The notes below the pieces were generated by a model that saw only the letters and a program-made list of their open reading frames with translations, searched no databases and was not told the origin of the DNA. Positions 62,626 through 64,000 of a stretch of DNA of 64,000 bases are shown here, piece by piece (the stretch's first letter is position 1; the number at the start of each line of letters is the position of its first letter). This DNA is from Harriotta raleighana (lineage: Eukaryota), in assembly GCA_050575255.1 (NCBI GenBank), contig JBNZDD010013730.1, positions 6,168,543 to 6,232,542 of the forward strand, given 5' to 3'. A program made the position numbers and the translations under genes.

Positions 62626-62644
62626 TTCTGGGAACCTGAATCTG

Positions 62645-62818
62645 CCTTCGTAGGCAGACGAGACCTCGGTTTTGTGTCTCATCTGAAGGGCAGCACCTCC
62701 GACAATGCAGCACTCTTCCAGTGTCAACACAGACTTTGTGTCGCTACGACCATGATGTAGGGCTTGAACTCACTGCCTTCTGACTCAAAGACAAGAGTCC
62801 TACCAGTTGAGACAGGCT
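62645..62818 (-). mobile_element. SacSINE1-like DeuSINE 5' half (tRNA head + start of Deu domain), intron 3
   Basis: Reverse complement ctcaactggtaggactcttgtctttgagtcagaaggcagtgagttcaagccc...gagtgctgcattgtcggaggtgctgcccttcagatgagacacaaaaccgaggtctcgtctgcc. Confidence 0.75.
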
Positions 62819-63158
62819 CCAGACATTATTTTTTCACAATGATGAATCGAAAGAGAAATAATGCAGCCACCTGTTCTGCAAACTATAATTCACAGTAATC
62901 AGTATACACTATTTAAAACTGAAGATATGTTAGTTTTCCACAAGCGGAAAAATGTGCTGTTGGCTTTATAGTTACAATCCTTTCTCTATTGGCTTCAAAC
63001 ATTGTTTGCAAAAACATATGAGCCATTATTTGGACACTGGCACTGAATAATTGATTTTCACTGTTAGTATGTAAGAGAAAGTAACACAGATATGGGGAAA
63101 CCATGGCGTGCTTTGAAGAAGTTAATGTTGTTTGCTGTACACTGTCTGAATTTTATAG

Positions 63159-63323
63159 ACATTGATGAATGTAGTGGAGATTACGCCGGGGGCTGTGGTG
63201 CCCATGCTAGCTGCAACAACACAATTGGAGGATTTTATTGCTCCTGTATTAATGGATTTCAGACATCTTCAGGGAATACGAATTTCTACCCAAAGCCGAA
63301 TTCCACCCACATCATGTGCAAAG
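63159..63323 (+). CDS. adgrl4: ADGRL4 coding exon 4: second calcium-binding EGF domain (gene continues beyond window)
   Basis: Acceptor gaattttatag, donor G|gtctgt, 165 nt, phase 1-1. Encodes DIDECSGDYAGGCGAHASCNNTIGGFYCSCINGFQTSSGNTNFYPKPNSTHIMCK, with six Cys and the cbEGF consensus. Confidence 0.87.
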
Positions 63324-64000
63324 GTCTGTTATTGCGGTTTCAGACTATGCGGCTATATATACATTAAAAGAATACTATATCCCATCAGGAACAGATTACC
63401 AAACTTTAATTGAAACTCTAACTACATGTACTGCAAAGTTAAGTGAAGGTGCGACTATGAGTAAATTTCTATTGAATATTTTTCAGTTTAAAGCGTAGCT
63501 GTATATTTTAAAAATTGTAAAGCAATAGAAGAAAAACAAAGCCTTTGGGTTAAATTCACAAGAGGTGAAATTTTAATTCTAATTAAATATATTTTGACTG
63601 CATGGTACTTTGCAATGACTGTATTCTTACCTTGGACACAGAGGTTAGTACTTTTGGTTAAAATTGGAGAGAGCACCTTTCAATCTTATTCCCTAAGTGA
63701 TGAGATTTCCAGTTTGCCACAATTGCTAATGGTCAATTTACACCTTTGGATTTAAGATGAAGAGGATGGTCATATTAAAACACAGTAGTCGTGGTCCATA
63801 AAATTCCAACTCACATTATAAGGGGGTTGCAATCAAGAGTGACTGTTGCTTCCACATCAATTGAAAATTCATCATCACACTTAAGCTTCCATGGCTGCAC
63901 TGATACAATTTGAAATGAGATGCCAAATCTGGATAGCACAATGCCACAGGTTTGGACTTTTAGGCAAAAAAACATCAGGGTTCATAACTAAATCAAGTGA

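Noticed and set aside
53478-63323. ADGRE5/CD97, fibrillin or another EGF-repeat gene
   Set aside because: The short MK-hydrophobic first exon, WLSSLL signal, CYCNxGFxGxGV EGF1 and FxxNDGxxCI EGF2 fit ADGRL4 better. The 7TM region is outside the window, so this is not fully excluded.

Overview
This is AT-rich, CpG-poor vertebrate genomic DNA, not a prokaryotic or viral locus. The repeat set suggests a cartilaginous fish, probably a chimaera (inference): CR1 with an (ATTCTATG)n tail, L2 with a (TTG)n tail, tRNA-derived Deu-type SINEs and a shark-type Penelope terminal repeat. Positions 1 to about 50000 are repeat-rich intergenic sequence with no supportable host gene. The last 14 kb holds the first four coding exons of the adhesion GPCR ADGRL4/ELTD1 on the + strand: 50177-50198, 53478-53654, 61939-62091 and 63159-63323. 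All are phase-1 exons with GT-AG boundaries, and they encode a signal peptide, one EGF and two Ca-binding EGF domains. The gene runs past the window end. Most entries in the ORF track are chance ORFs or retroelement fragments. Seven single-N junctions join near-duplicate copies that look like both alleles of a heterozygous site; one of them captures a 71-bp L2 presence/absence polymorphism. The best leads are a 28-nt possible relic EGF microexon that would create a stop codon, a dense AP-1/ETS/GATA motif cluster near 19.4 kb, and a modular tRNA + CORE-like + Deu/L2-tail SINE family. I found no evidence of a wholly new multi-gene system. Repeat family names come from recalled consensus sequences, not from a search.
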